Positions 47,951-62,137 of a stretch of 64,000 nt of DNA are shown here, one piece after another. How positions within the stretch are numbered: the first letter of the stretch is position 1; every line of letters starts with the position of its first letter. A program made the translations under genes and the position numbers. The DNA is from Lama glama. Lineage: Eukaryota. Under the pieces are notes generated by a model. It made no database searches. It was not told the origin of the DNA and was given only the letters and a program-made list of their open reading frames with translations. The stretch is taken from assembly GCA_028534125.1 (NCBI GenBank), contig CM052844.1:12090001-12154000 (forward strand), written 5' to 3'.

Positions 47951-48949
47951 TGTGACTACATCACACTGTCGCATGGGTGTCTGCCTCTAACCCTCTAGTT
48001 TCAGGCCTGGCCCTGCTGTTTCTTCCATCCATAAGGGAGAGTCACTAAGTTGACTGTGAAAGGAATCTGACAGAAGGCTGCTGGCTCCTTAAGCATAGTA
48101 ATGTGTTAGCTCCATGTGCTTACTGACTTTTAAGGTCGGTGATAAAGAGACGTCATGTTCTTGTTTATGGATGGTTTCAGCAAAGCTTGTTTCTGGGGAA
48201 GGTAGGTCCAATCATCCTTCCTCTCAGCGGAGAGACAGTGGGGACTGGGACTCAGAGTCCTGGCCTGAGAGCAGGGAGACCTGACCTCCGGTACCAGTCA
48301 GGTGAAAGGGAGCAGGGTATTGTTGCAGCTGGTATGCAGGGTCCTTGTGTGCAAAATAGGAGAACAGAGCTCGGTCCTTCCTAGGGCTCTTTCTGCTCCT
48401 GTTGAATGTGAAATGAATCTGCATCTTTCCTAAATGCCTTTTTCATTATTTGCTTTTAACCAGGGCTGTGTGCTTGGATGATGGGAAAGGGAGTGTTGCG
48501 GGAGGGTGGGGGCGCAGTGAATTTGTGAGAAAAGAACAAAGTAATGAGTGGTGGGTGGGTTTAGGCCCAGGCAGATGAGCAGGGAAAATGAGAGAAAGAT
48601 AAACCAAAAGAAAAAGGTCAGATGTAAGAAACAATTGTGAAACAATGAAGGAAAGGCTTGGGAAATAATGACTTCATTATATTTGTTCAGAATCAGTGTG
48701 ATTTGATGCTATACTTAAACTGGACGGGTGACATCTCATATTTGCCTCATTAAAACTAAGAGGATGTGACGGATATGATGCTGGACTAGTTTTAATAAAA
48801 AAAAAACGCATGTAACAGCTGAGCAGTGAAAATTCTTCAGGTGACTCAATATTCTTTAAAAAAAATCAATGCAATGTAGTGGATGATTTTCAAAAGATGA
48901 ATTAAAAATGGAGCCGAGAATAAACCCATTAAGAACTATATTTAATAAA

Positions 48950-50710
48950 ACATAATAAACAGTCCAGAAACAGACTAAATTATATACAAAAACTATTATA
49001 TAATAAAGGTGGTATTTCAGACCAATGGGGAAATAATGCTTTCAGTAATTGACATTGAAACAATAGGCTAACTATTACATTATCAAAATTACTAAAATTA
49101 AACCATATTAATATTAGATTACTTTTAAAAGGGTAAATTTCTAGTTCACATATTTTTTTACCTAAGTGAAATTCTAGTTAGGTTAAAGATTTTCAATGTA
49201 AAAAATGAAACTATGAAATCCTGCAATAAAATTTAAGATGGTATTTTTATAATCTTGAGGTAGAAAAGGCCTTTCTATACCTATGCAGGATAGAAATCAT
49301 AAAAAATAGACTGATAAATTAGATCCCATAAAGTCACAATAAAACAAAGCTAAACTGAAATACAAGAAACAAAATCTTATATGATCAAAAATATTTACAA
49401 TAGCCAAGCTATGGAAGCAATCTAAGTGCCCATCAACAGATAAATGGACAAAGAAGATGTGGGATACACAATGGAATACTACTCAGCCATAAAGAAGAAT
49501 GAAATTTTACCATCTGCAACAACATGAATAGACCTAGAGGGTATTATACTTAGTGAAATAAGTCCGACAGAGAAAGACAGATATTGTATGTTATCACTTA
49601 TATGTGGAATCTAAAAAAATGAAACTAATTAATATAATAAAACAAAGACAAGACTCACAGATATAGAGAATTAACTAGTGGAATAAACTGGTGATTACCA
49701 GTAGGGAGAGGGGAGGGGAGAGGGGCACAGATGGGGTAGAGGATTAAGAGGTACAAACTACTAAGTATAAAATAAATAAGCTACAAGGATATATTGTACA
49801 GCACGGGGAATGTAGCCAATATTCTATAATAACTTTAAATGGAGTGTAACCTATAAAAATTTTGAATCACTATGTTGTACACCTGAAACTAATATAACAT
49901 TGCAAATCGACTATACCTCAATTTAAAAATATCTTTTACAAACAAAAAAGACAAGGTCAGAAATGTATTTGAAGCATACATGTCAAAGGGATCTTTTAAA
50001 ATTATACTGAAGTCTGTCACATCAACAAAAAAAAACTCCAAGAAAAAAAATGGGAAAAAGGACATAAAAGGGAAATATGCAATAAAATGTTGAGATATCA
50101 TATTGTACAAGATGAGAAAAAAAAATCAATCCCCTTATTGGTGAAGGTGTCGGAAAATAAACAATCTCCTGCTTGGTTTGGGAATATAAATTGTGCAGTC
50201 ATTCTGAACGATTATCAGGCAAAGACACTCTTTCATCTACTCATTTAAATGACAACATTTTTCCTATGACCACTATAAAATCTATGAAACAAAAGCATTG
50301 ATTTTAATTGTGGAAAATATAAACTCAAATGACTATTAATAAGGAATTGACTTAAAGTATTATACTGTATCCACACAAGGGAATACCATGCAGCCCTGGC
50401 AATGCTTAGGTAGATCTGTCTTGAACCATAAGGGAGAATGTCCATAAAGTAAAAAGGTACAGAACAAAGCAGTTTGCATAGATACTATGAATCCATCTTT
50501 ATATTAAGATATGTCAGTTTTCAATAAAGTAGTTTGAAGAATAAAATAAAATAACTAGGTAAATCACAAAAAAGACATGTAAGCTTCTACACAGCAAAAC
50601 ATTAGATGATGTACACCAAAATATTAAAAATAATGTCTATTTGATAGATCATATAATTTTTGTCATTTTCTGAAATGAGTCATGCATGCACTACTTTTTA
50701 AATAAATCTT
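48950..50710 (+). mobile_element. Old L1 (L1M4/L1ME-like) ORF2-3'UTR remnant, interrupted by a younger L1
   Basis: agtccagaaacagac...ataaaggtggtatttcagaccaatgggga...tattggtgaaggtgt...gggaatataaattg...ggaataccatgcagcc. Confidence 0.7.
49388..49930 (+). mobile_element. Artiodactyl-type L1 3' end
   Basis: tttacaatagccaag.tatggaagcaa..taagtgcccatcaacagat...tcacttatatgtggaatctaaaa...acaaggatatattgtacagcac...tgtacacctgaaactaatataacattg. Confidence 0.92.
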
Positions 50711-50834
50711 TAAAGATGTTCCAAGTGAAATATAAGTACATGGGAAGAATATTTGTGAAAAAAATGACAACTGTTATAATTAAACATATCTTTTGCATAC
50801 TTTTGTAAATTATGGAAGGATAAAAAAGTTAGTG

Positions 50835-50983
50835 TCCAGGATCCAGCACTTCTGGCCAGGCTCAGGTGTATCAGAGAGAAAGGCCTCAGGCAGAGTTGCA
50901 GGTGCCAAGGTGGGAGGGTGTGGCATGTATCAGAATGATGAAAAGCTAAGGGGTATGAGTGGAGCACTAGTAGTGTCTGCTGC
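50835..50983 (-). mobile_element. LTR33-like fragment
   Basis: gagaaaggcctcaggcagagttgcaggtgc...ggggtatgagtggagcactagtagtgtctgctgca. Confidence 0.65.
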
Positions 50984-52671
50984 ATGGTCCAGAGCCAAAA
51001 GCATGAGGATTTGAACTTGAGATTGCTTTCAGTTTGATTTACTTCTGAACTACAAACAAGCACTATAAAGGACATAGCAAGCTCAGGATTCAAGATAGTG
51101 AATTCAGGTATCAGCTATGCAGAATGCTTCTGATCCTTCCCACCCCCCACAATAGTCCAATAGTCTCTGTAGCCCTCAGAGTGAGGTGCTGACCATGTGG
51201 GAGGAGCCCAGAGCTTCAGGCTCCACCTTTTAAGCATCAGATCAAGGAATAGATTCTGTCAGCCCTCAGGGTTCATTTTATAACCTTGTATTCTAAGTCT
51301 TGGACATATTTTTTCTGTCTGTTCTAATTTTTCCTGAGTCGTATGGCCTGTGGTATGTCTGGTTTTGACCTGTCATAAAACAAGTGTTAGAGATCGATAA
51401 AGAGTCTATCTTGCCCCTAAAATTGATACAAGATGACCAAGAAAAACACACATAAGGTGACTTAGAATGTTACAAAGATAAAAAAATGAGAACATAGGGC
51501 AAAAAGAGACTATGTAAGCAAAATGAAATAAATCTAAGTGCAGAGTTAGTGTACAAAATCTACAACATGTTTAGAATGCAACTTGTGTATTTGTGAGAAT
51601 ACACGTGAGCCACGTTTTTGGTCTTTGAACATCCTAACGTGCAAAGCCAAGAAGGAAGATGATCAGTTAGAACAAAAAGAATCACTTAAAAGTGACATAG
51701 TGTTCCTGGAGTTAAAAAAAAAAAAACCCACAAAATCAAAACAAAAGACAGTTGATCAGAAGTACAACTTTTCTGAGACCTGAAAGAGGACACAGTATGG
51801 TGTGGTGAGATAATATCTTGGATATCAACCCCGATAAATGTAATAAATACAGCGGTGAGTTTTTTTTTTTATTGTCTCATCATTCCATTGTTTCACTGAT
51901 GATTCTATTTTTACCATCAAAGCAGACCTTGGCATAATGCCAGAGCAAAATTTAATAAACATTATTTTAGGATGCAAATCAATGCAACCAAGTGTACAAC
52001 TTTCTGATGGTTTGGCTTGAACAAAGGGCAAATTTAGACCACCCAGAGAAATCAATAGAATATATTTTTTTAAGGCAATACATTGTGAGTATTATTTTTT
52101 CACAATCAAGCTTTTGATATAACTCTTTGGATAGCAAGGAGTTCGAGGTAATAGTTTCTGGAAAAATCATGCAGTGAGATTTTTGTGTGTGTGTGTGCCG
52201 CTGGTTAAGGACAGATTTATGTTTTGGCAGTCAATCAATGAAGCCAAAAGGTAGAGCTGAGACTCTCTTAAGAAAATGAAAAAATGGTACTAAGTATTTA
52301 TAATAAGCTTAATAGAAGACTTCTGCTACCTCTATAGAGGGATTTCCATACTATGTGTTAAGACTGCTAACACTGAAAGAATTTCTGTATTTATAGTCTA
52401 TAGATTTAGCTGCATTTCATTCTTCTAGCTGCAGGGCTTTTCAGTTTTTTATTTTCATTTTTATTTTTTCGATTATTGTTGCTTTGGTACGTTATTCAAA
52501 AGGGAAGTGCCTTGTAACAAAAATGTTAATAGCGTGTGCATTTCGATACCTCTTTAAAACCTGTGCGATGTACTGGCTTCACAGCCTGGCATTTTCAGGG
52601 AAAGTGTGAGCAAGTAGCCTCATTATTGATAAATATTTTAAAACACGTGGTATTTACCCAGAAGGTCCCAA

Positions 52672-52876
52672 NNNNNNNNNNNNNNNNNNNNNNNNNNNNN
52701 NNNNNNNNNNNNNNNNNNNNNNNNNNNNNNNNNNNNNNNNNNNNNNNNNNNNNNNNNNNNNNNNNNNNNNNNNNNNNNNNNNNNNNNNNNNNNNNNNNNN
52801 NNNNNNNNNNNNNNNNNNNNNNNNNNNNNNNNNNNNNNNNNNNNNNNNNNNNNNNNNNNNNNNNNNNNNNNNNNNN
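52672..52876. other. Assembly gap (205 N)
   Basis: Run of n. Confidence 1.
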
Positions 52877-54034
52877 AACAAAGCCTCTAGAATAAGTCAG
52901 CTTCAGCCAACGATGACAGCCCATTAACATCGTGACTGATAATAATGATCATCTCAAAGGCTCTGACAAGGTCCACCCATGAGCAATATTTGACCAGTAG
53001 GGACCGTATTGAGAAAGAAGGCAAAAAAAAAAAGCTCTGTTTCTTTCCAATTAAAAAAAAAAAAGTGAAATAAATGCTTAGCATAAGAAGGGCCAGTCTT
53101 CTGGGATTGTCTTGACTGCCACAGAGTAGATCCAGGACCCCGTGTGAAGGGGTTTTAGGGGCACAACTTCCTTTGGGGTCAAGGAAAGGGAGGAGGAATT
53201 CTTAAACCTTAAATCCAGCAGTCTTTACAAGGCTGCTATAACAGAGGGTTTTAGAGCTAGAAAGCGATTGATTGCTGCATCACGAAATTGGTAGTTAGTA
53301 CACTTGCTCACGCCTCAAGGAAAATGTTTTCATTAGAGATCATTTTATTTACATAATGTCGATCGTATCTCCTACTCTCCTCCCTGAATTCTCTCTGAGT
53401 TCCAGAAGAGCAAGTGCTCTGCCTCGTGTATTGTTTGCAGAAGGTGTATAGTGAATGTTAAATAATGTTGGGTCACAAACAAGAGGCATTCAGATTAGGT
53501 TTATTTAAAAAAATCAACAGCAACTACACAGCACTCTCCTCTCCAGAAAAAAAAAAAAAAAAAGGAAAACGGACCGTCAAAATGAATCAAAACTTCAATG
53601 TTGGTTCTAATCTTCAGCACTGCCCTATTGTATATATTACTATTCACAATACATTCTGGAGTTTCCCCAAGATATGATGAGATTCATGTAAGGAAGAATT
53701 CTCCTCATGCATCAGGAAACCCTCTCTCCAGAGGAGTAATGGAAGCTGAATCCGAAGGCACACAACCCAGAATCTCTCTGACCTTCAAAGTCTTGACATT
53801 GTATTCATGTATTTTAAAATGGAAACTTTGCCCTGATAAATCTACAGAGAAATCAGGCTTATGCCTACATTTCATAATGGAGATTGCTGCTTCCTTCTGT
53901 GAATGCCTGAAACTGGTGGTGTATTTGGACCCTTATTTTTCTTTATCCTCCCTGGGTGCTGCGTGTATGGATACTGAAATATCCACCACTCCTATTTTAA
54001 TTGAGGCAAAAAAAAAAGTGCTCTAAAAAAATAA

Positions 54035-54160
54035 TTGGCATTTTTCAGCTGAAAGAGACAGTAAAAATTAGTTGATTCAATTCTTTAATTTGGCAAATAA
54101 GGAAACTGAATCCCAAAGGGGCTCAAACTAATCCAAGGTCATGCAGCTACTCAGTTACAG
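54035..54160 (-). mobile_element. MIR3-like SINE
   Basis: caaataaggaaactgaatccca...ccaaggtcatgcagcta. Confidence 0.65.
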
Positions 54161-54397
54161 GACTTAAGCAATTAAATATTTATTATGGAGCTAAGGTAGA
54201 AAAAAAATGGAAACAAAAAACCAATTTGGAAAGCAGAATTTATCTACCTGGGATTATGGTCAGTATTTTAAAAGCTGTATCGACCTGAGGTACAGGTTTA
54301 GGATTAGCCTCTGGTTACTGGTAGGAAAACCTCATTGAAGACTTTTATAATATACAGTTCTGTGTTCTGGACTTGGAGACACATTGGTGCTCTCTCT

Positions 54398-55258
54398 TAG
54401 CAAATGTTCTTTGAGTCACTATTGTGGATAAGACTGCGCTGAGTCCTATAAGGATATGGAACAATGCAAACATGATAGCCTTGCTCCCAAGAAATTATAA
54501 GCTGTTAAATCAATTGAACTGGCTCTCAAACGTGGCAGCCTGTGTAAGCAAACCAAAATCTAAGCCTGTAAATGCCTCAACATGTTGAAATTGAAACCTA
54601 AGGATGATCAATCACAAACAGCCAATGAGGTTTTAAGCTATAGCCCATCAATAATTTCCTGTCTTTGTTTCTGCACTTCCTTTACACAAGTATTTCTCCT
54701 GCTCCTATAGGCAGAGTGCCCCTAACCACTTCCGGTTTGGCACTGCCTGATTTGAATCAATTTTAAGCTCTTAAAATAAAATTAAAAAAAAGCCTCAGTT
54801 TATCTTTTAACAAAGTCCAGCATGAGAGATAAAGCGAATCACTTACATAACTCCGACCAGAATGTAATTGCAGCCTCTGTAATGACATATGGTACTAGAG
54901 GAAGTTTGGAAGAGGGAATGAGTAGCTTTAATGGCAATTAGAGAAAAAATTCTTAGAAGATGTGGTCTTGGTTGGCACTGAATGAGAGAGAAGGACTTGA
55001 CAGGTGATGTTGGGGAAAATCCTTCCAGGGGGAGGAGGCATGAGGAGTTAAGGCATTAGAAGCAGAGAAAACTTGGGATGCATTTGGGAAATTGCAAACT
55101 TAGTGACTTGATGAACACAGCAGAGATTTCTTTAGCTGGTGGGCATGTGATTCTGAAGTGTCAGGCTCGAGGGAGGACGGGGGAGGTAGGGAGGTGAGAT
55201 GAGGTTGCGGCAGGTGGAAACCAGACCACAAAGCCCCTCATAGGTCAGGTTAAGGAAG
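54398..55258 (-). mobile_element. L2 3' portion, interrupted by an LTR
   Basis: agcaaatgttctttgagtcactattgtg...ccttgctcccaagaa...tccagggggaggaggcatgag...ccagaccacaaagcccctcataggtcaggttaagga. Confidence 0.65.
54503..54812 (+). mobile_element. Short ERV1 solo LTR (MER51/MER57-like)
   Basis: tgttaaa...tttaaca inverted termini, 4-bp TSD aagc / aagt, caatcacaaacagccaat CCAAT cluster, aataaa near the 3' end. Confidence 0.75.
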
Positions 55259-55382
55259 GGGGCCAAACACATTTTCTTTCTTCCCTTCTTATTTCCTTTC
55301 TTGTTTGCTTAGTTCTTTAGACAGGAATTTTGGGGTTTTAAGTTCAAAGCTAAAAATACACAAAAAAGGAGTTTTAACTCCT

Positions 55383-55828
55383 TTAAGTTGAAAATATTGT
55401 AAGTCAAAAATGCATTTATTACACATAACCTACTGAGCATCCTAGCTTACCCCTTGCCCTAACGAGCTCAGAACACACACACGAGCCTGCAGGTGGGCAA
55501 AACCATCCAGTGCAAAGCTTATTTTCTAACAAAGTGTTGAACAGCTCATGCAATTCACTGGCTGCTGTACTGAAAGTGAAAGACAGAACGGTTGTCTGGG
55601 TACAGAATGCTTGTAAGTGTATCTGTGTGATGGCGGGGCTGCTGGGAGCTGTGGCTCATAACTGCCACCCAGCATCCCGAGAGAGGATCAACTCACATAC
55701 CGCTAGTCCTGGGAAAGAACAAAAGTCATCATTCAAAGAACCGTTTCTACTGAATTTGTGTTGTTTTTGCACTGTTGTAGAGTTGAAAAATTATAAGGTG
55801 AAACTTCCTAAGTCAGGAACCACCTGTA
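55383..55828 (+). mobile_element. Tigger5/MER47-family DNA transposon
   Basis: taagttgaaaatattgtaagtcaaaaatgcattt...gctcagaacac...ctgtactgaaagtgaaa...gtttctactgaat...taagtcaggaaccacctgta. Confidence 0.85.
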
Positions 55829-55839
55829 GTTATTTAGAA

Positions 55840-56157
55840 CCGTGCTGTCCTATACAGTAGCCGCCAGCTGCCTGGGACTGAGCCCTTCATACGTGGCTGG
55901 TCCAGACTACGATGTGCTGTGATGAATGCGAAGTGGATTTCAAAGCCTTAGGAAAGCAAAAAGGACACCTGATATCTCAATAATGCTTATATGCACGGCA
56001 TGTTGACGCTATACTATGTTGGATAGGTTGGGTTAGATAAAATACATTCTTAAAATCAATTGTACCTGTTTCTTTCTACTTTTTTGTTCCAGTGTGGATA
56101 TTAGAAAATTTAAAATGAAATATGTGACTCGCATTATATTTCCGCTGGACGGTGCTA
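55840..56157. mobile_element. MER33 hAT-Charlie element
   Basis: gtgctgtcctatacagtagcc...ggatttcaaag.cttag...ttaaaatcaattgtacctgtttcttt...tagaaaatttaaaat...ctcgcattatatttc.gctggacggtgct. Confidence 0.85.
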
Positions 56158-58239
56158 CGTTAAAATAATGCTGACACGCTTTTTAAGGGTATGGTGAGTC
56201 AAGAGTGGCTAAGAACTTTTGCGAAACATCTTCCTGAACCAAAGCAAATTTGCTATTGAGGCAGCATAATTATCATTAAGTCAATGTCAATAATTTAGAC
56301 AGGGGCTAGGCCGGCAGTCAACGTTGCCTGGTCGATGTGTAAGGAGTTTACTAAGCAAATGAACACCGGCAACCAGCTTGACCACAGGCTCGAGCCTATT
56401 CAAGGGTAATAATGTAGCAGTCACCTGGGAGCATCCTTATATTTGAACAACTAATGTGAAAATTATGCATAATACAAACATGTATTTATTGTCAGAGGAC
56501 CTTTACTTAATAATAATTTATTACAGCTAAAAATAACAATTAGTTGTTAACTCCTTCAAAATTTTTAAATTTACCCTTTCAGAAAGCTCTTCAGACCTCC
56601 CAATGAATCTACATTAAAGAGGTTTGGGTTTATTTCCCATGGCTTAATCCATTGGCCTTTCCTTATTCATAAAGCTGAGGACTTTTGTTAGAAAGATGAA
56701 GCCAAATAAATGACAAAATGTCTCACAATGTAGACCTGCTAGACAATATGAGTCTGAAAATTTCCTGACGCAGTTCAGGCTTAAGAGAGAGGCACATTGG
56801 CTCATTAAAAGTGCAAGGAGTCAAGAGTCCTAGACTGGGGTACAAACCATTATTATTATTATTTTAATTTGTGTTATGGGCAATTTGTTTTAGCTGTAAC
56901 TGCTATCCATTTCATAAAACAATCAGGCATGCGTGCCAATTGGAACACTCACTCTGGGTGATGGCAGACGGAAACCCACACCACCCGGTTTTAAAATCAA
57001 GGGGTCTGTGTGCTGATTTCAGCAGAGGAAGCAGCAGAGATGTTCTCAAACAGTTCCCACAAATTTATAGAATAATAGCCTGTTAAGCTCTAAATCTCAA
57101 GGGCTTTTTTTAAAGACGCAATATTCACACTTGAAAAACCAACTGTGTTTCCCACCTTCCTTGGGGGTCTAGCAGAAAATTCCTGATTTAACTATACCAA
57201 GACAGTCTGCCACTTGTTGCAATAAAATGAAGCAGAAACAGTCCAAAGTGTTTTAATATGGGAACCTTATGTCTCTATAGTGATTCATTCCATGGCTTGT
57301 TCTGACCCTCCCTACTCCCAGTACCCATCATAGTTCCATAGAAAGAATGCCATAATTATTTACTCTAGACCCAAACAGGACCTCCCTCAAATTCGTTTTC
57401 AAGACCGAGCATCTTTAATTGAATCATGGTGGTTTTATCTAAGCACTGAAAATAAAACCAGAGAATTTCCTAAGCTGCCATCACACAGAAGCTGCAGGAA
57501 ATTGATTACAGAGAGGGCACAGAGGGTGCTGTGTTTGCTCTCTTACAAGAACGCCTGATTGTTTCAGGGTTTCAGCATGGTAAACGGATTCCTTTGGCGA
57601 CTACGGTTTCAGCACAGAGAATTGGGTTTGTGATGGCCTATTCACTTATGGAATAAGACATTTAGTAATGTAATAGTCTTAACATTCAAACCTCAGATGC
57701 CTTTCCATGCACAAGTGGTTAAGAACTCAAAAACAAGTAATTATCAATAGCACGTGTATGCAACGGGAGACGCATCAGCTGAAACAAGTTATATTTATGA
57801 CATTGGCAAGAAGGATACATTAATTGACTGCAGAAAAGAGCCAACATATTATTTACCCTGCGTTTTCACAAGGATGGGAAGAAGATCTGACAAACTTAAA
57901 GGCACTTAGCTTTATTTGTGAGGCAAAGTCTGAGAGAACATTAACCAGAAGAGGACCAGCTGGGGTGTATCTAGGCCTTGTGACTTCATTTTAGTCATCC
58001 CAGGGGGAACAATAAGTACACAGTCTCATTAAGTAATGCACGAGATAACATTTCCGGGTCTTTAAGAGAGCTGTGGTTTTCAAAGAGATAGATAAGAAGA
58101 TACTTTTGAGTTTGGGACTTTCTGTGATGCTGGGCTTGGCTCTACTTTTCTTCTGATGAGCTTCTGTTCATGTTGGCCTTTCTTTATAGAACACATTCCG
58201 TTCTGTCCCTAACTCTGCTTACTGAAGCTCAACTACATT

Positions 58240-58540
58240 TTAAGGATTCATTCAAACCTTTATCTTGGAAGAAACTCCAAATTTGACTCCCAACACCCGC
58301 CTTGCTGAAGGTCATCTGCCCTTCCCGTAAATTCCACAGCCATGGCACTCTCTCTCACTATTTTTCTTCATAATATTTAGATATTGGACTTATGTACCTT
58401 GTAAGAGTGCATATTCCTAAAGGTCAGGCTCCGTGTCTTACTTAATTTTGTCTTCTGCCTCCTCCTCCTTCCACCCCAGGGTGTCAAGAAGAGGTCTTAC
58501 ACATAGAAGATGCTCAATAAGTGTTTGTTGAAGGAATCAG
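58240..58540 (+). mobile_element. L2 3' end
   Basis: acacatagaagatgctcaataagtgtttgttgaa. Confidence 0.65.
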
Positions 58541-59599
58541 TGGAATGCAGGGCTCAGCTTGCTGTGGCAAGAATAACACATCAAGGAGCTTGCTTTCAAT
58601 TAACTTGAATCTGTGAGTCAGCTATAAAGGATCCTGTACATTATAACTGCCAATCTTGAATGATCATACTCTGAGACCGTCCTTTTGAATCTCTGACACT
58701 CCCTGTTGAAACTCCAGACTCCCTCTGCTAAACTGCTAAATAGATTGAAGAAAACGACCTAAAATGAAGGAAAATAATAGTTTTGAAAATTTGGGGGTAT
58801 CTATTGCACTAATTGGATGTGACACACACAATACTGAGGATTACTTTACAGCTAGACAAAATTTAGAAATCATTAATAAGCAAGCATTATTTTAATGTAC
58901 CTAATTTATGGGAGGTAATTTCTATTCATCAATTCTACCCAATAAAGCTGAAAAAAAACCTATGGGAGGAAGAGAGGAAAAGACCCCAGATTTTACAATC
59001 TGAATCTTACTGTCTAGTTACTGCTTTGTGTGTGTACATAATGCCAGGTAACAATGAAGACCTAGGGAAACACTCAGAAATTTTCCATCCAGAACAGTTT
59101 TTGTTTGGTATATCGAGCTGGTAGCCAAAAGGACTTAAAGAAATCCCTGAATTACCTCGACAATTTTCTCAGTTTTGTACTAATTATTATAATGAGAAAC
59201 CTAATGACCTTATCATTCCTTAAGGAGAAATTGTTTGGCATATCAATTTCTGGTGAAAGGATGTAGAAGATACCGTGGTTTTAAGGACACGCAGCTACGA
59301 GTCCAGGTTACAAAGCTTGGCAAATATCACCAGGAAGAGAGACGTCATCTGTTGTGCCCTCTTCATCTTCTTACCCCTCTGATGGAAGCGATTGTTCTCT
59401 CTTGTAACCCAGAGTAAGTTCTGTCATTACTGCTTGTTTAGCATTTGAGACTTATCATTTTGCCCCTGTGTTGTTATTACCTTTTAATGCTCGTAACCAG
59501 GAAAACTTCTGATGCGCTTCCTTGGGCGGTCCTTGCAGGAATGTGGTCAAAGTTTGGGACCAAGGAGGAGCTGGCAGGGGTTTGGTAGCACTGTTTTGC

Positions 59600-59858
59600 T
59601 TTTTCTTTCTTTCTTTTTTTTTAAATTGTGGTAAACACATAATGTGAAATCTACCCTCTTAACTTTTCCTGTGTGCAGTACAGTATGGGTAACTGTCTGG
59701 ATATTGTGTAGCAGATTTAGATTTTTCACTTTGTGTGCCCTGGGCAACCAACCAGCATTCTTTCTGCTTCTATCAGTTTTATGATGGTAGATCCTCATAC
59801 AAATGGAATCTTGCAGGATTTGTTCTATGACTGGCTTCCTTCACTTAGCATCATGCCC
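59600..59858 (-). mobile_element. L1MB-like 3' end
   Basis: aattgtggtaaacacataatgtgaaatctaccctcttaac...cctcatacaaatggaatc...tgactggcttccttcacttagcat. Confidence 0.8.
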
Positions 59859-60822
59859 TGTTTTCTTGGGTAGGGATTATGGTCAGGGTAGATCCTTGTG
59901 ACTCTGTAGAATATACCCTCCTTTTGGCCAGTACTATAGGGCCAGAGTGGAGAGTAGCTTGACTAAGCTTCTGTTTTTAGGATAAAGGCTTCTGACACAT
60001 TCTTTTTCAAGCTTCTTAAAATCCTAAGGGATAGGTTCGGTGATCAGTGTTTGACCAACACTGATACAGAAACCAGAAAGGCTGTTCGGCATCATCACTG
60101 GTCACATGGCCAGGAGGTGGGGATGCAGAGACTAATCGAGGTCTGTCTCATTCCACATTTCATGTTTTAAAACAATATCCTCAAGCTCCTTTTCTGTGGC
60201 GGTCTAAGTCCTCCAGTTTCTAACTATGAGATCGAGACGTGGCATGATTTCAAAATGCGTGTGTCTTTAGACATGCCTTTGAAAGTCAATGTGCTAGAGT
60301 CCAAATCTGCTCTTTTCCTGTCTTCCATAGGTCCAGGTGACCCTCCCCACCGCGCCCCCAGTGCCCCAGCCCAGACGCCTCCCCTGCAGTCCACATCAAA
60401 ATCGAGCAAGGGATTTTTACTTGCTTTAACAGACTGTGCTAATGATGATGGTTGGTTTCCCATGTGCCCTAAAATGAAATTTCAGCTTTGTAAGGGAGAC
60501 CGCAGCGGGGTGTTAAGTCAATGCTCTTCTGGTCATGGGTAGGAGAAAGCAGTCTCTCTACGGGACCACCCCTCACCCTCCCTCAAGCCCCCCAGCCCTC
60601 TCCCCACTTTCCTGGCATATTCCTACCCATCAAACTCTCCCGCCTTCTGGAGATCAGACTAACCTTCTGGTTACTGTCCTTGCAACGGGTGAAGGGAAAT
60701 GGCTCGGCCCCTTGTACATGAGCAGTAACAAACATGGAGGCTCATTAACTCCCCTTTTTATTTCTTCAAGATTTCCTCCATTAAGCATTCTGTTCTCCCG
60801 TCAAAATCCAAAGTATGCTCCA

Positions 60823-61168
60823 NNNNNNNNNNNNNNNNNNNNNNNNNNNNNNNNNNNNNNNNNNNNNNNNNNNNNNNNNNNNNNNNNNNNNNNNNNNNNN
60901 NNNNNNNNNNNNNNNNNNNNNNNNNNNNNNNNNNNNNNNNNNNNNNNNNNNNNNNNNNNNNNNNNNNNNNNNNNNNNNNNNNNNNNNNNNNNNNNNNNNN
61001 NNNNNNNNNNNNNNNNNNNNNNNNNNNNNNNNNNNNNNNNNNNNNNNNNNNNNNNNNNNNNNNNNNNNNNNNNNNNNNNNNNNNNNNNNNNNNNNNNNNN
61101 NNNNNNNNNNNNNNNNNNNNNNNNNNNNNNNNNNNNNNNNNNNNNNNNNNNNNNNNNNNNNNNNNNNN
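60823..61168. other. Assembly gap (346 N)
   Basis: Run of n. Confidence 1.
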
Positions 61169-62137
61169 CCACTGAAACCTTCCGCAGAAGAACAGAAACA
61201 GCCTGCTCCGCCAGTGCCCTTGTGGTCTCCTTTAATCAAAAGCCTTTGAAATTAAAAAATATATATATCCATAGACATTTTGCTTGAGTTGGAATATGGT
61301 GTGCGGAACACGGAATGTTATTTTGACCTGTTGTTGAATGTCTCAAAACTTTTGCTTTTACTCTGGGCAGCAAGGAGAGGCTAATGCAGAGTGACTTTTT
61401 TATTGGCACCAGGGAATTTATTTTCCCCTTTCGTGCTTTAGTTGAGCCCTCTGAATGTAAGTGTTTATTTTCCCAAGACAGATTGAGCCTTGGGAGTGCA
61501 ATTCTTCTCTTGAAATAAAGAAGGATGTCATTTCAGTTCATCCTGTCTATTTAACCTCATGATATAATTGTCACTGTCTTACTGATTTCACCACCAGGGG
61601 TTTGTTCTAAAGCGTAAGAATCTCCAAGGTATTTAGATTTTTTTCCCTGATAATTTCTTTTGAATTTGATGCTTTTGTCCCTTAAATGCCACAAAGACCT
61701 ATGAACTGGGCATGTCTCCCTCCCGTAAGACTGAATAATTGTTCCCTGGAGTAGGAGCCTTTCACAGATCAATAACTGCCTCAGAGCAGGAAAGAAAGCA
61801 AGAATGTGAGAAGCTCATTATAATATAAAAATATTCTAAATAAATAAATGGCAAGTACTAACACGCTCAAAATAATAGTGTGGAAGTGACTGACAAAGTG
61901 TGAGCTTGTAAACTCAGATCCATGGCTGTGCAAAAGCTCCGTGATGATTAAAAACGATGATGCTTACAGATGACTTCAGTGATAATTTGTTTAAAATAGA
62001 TGGGCCAATTCTACCACTTATATGCATAGATAGAATGAAAATCAGCATATGTTGAAGGATGTGAGGTAGCCTGATTAATACCTTAAAAATGTCAGGGACT
62101 CATTAAAATGTAAACAAAATTTAAAAAGCCACGTGGT

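Noticed and set aside
11358-61287. Long ORFs containing X runs (e.g. 11358-12035, 15250-15834, 38745-39446, 60535-61287)
   Set aside because: Artefacts of translating through N gaps.
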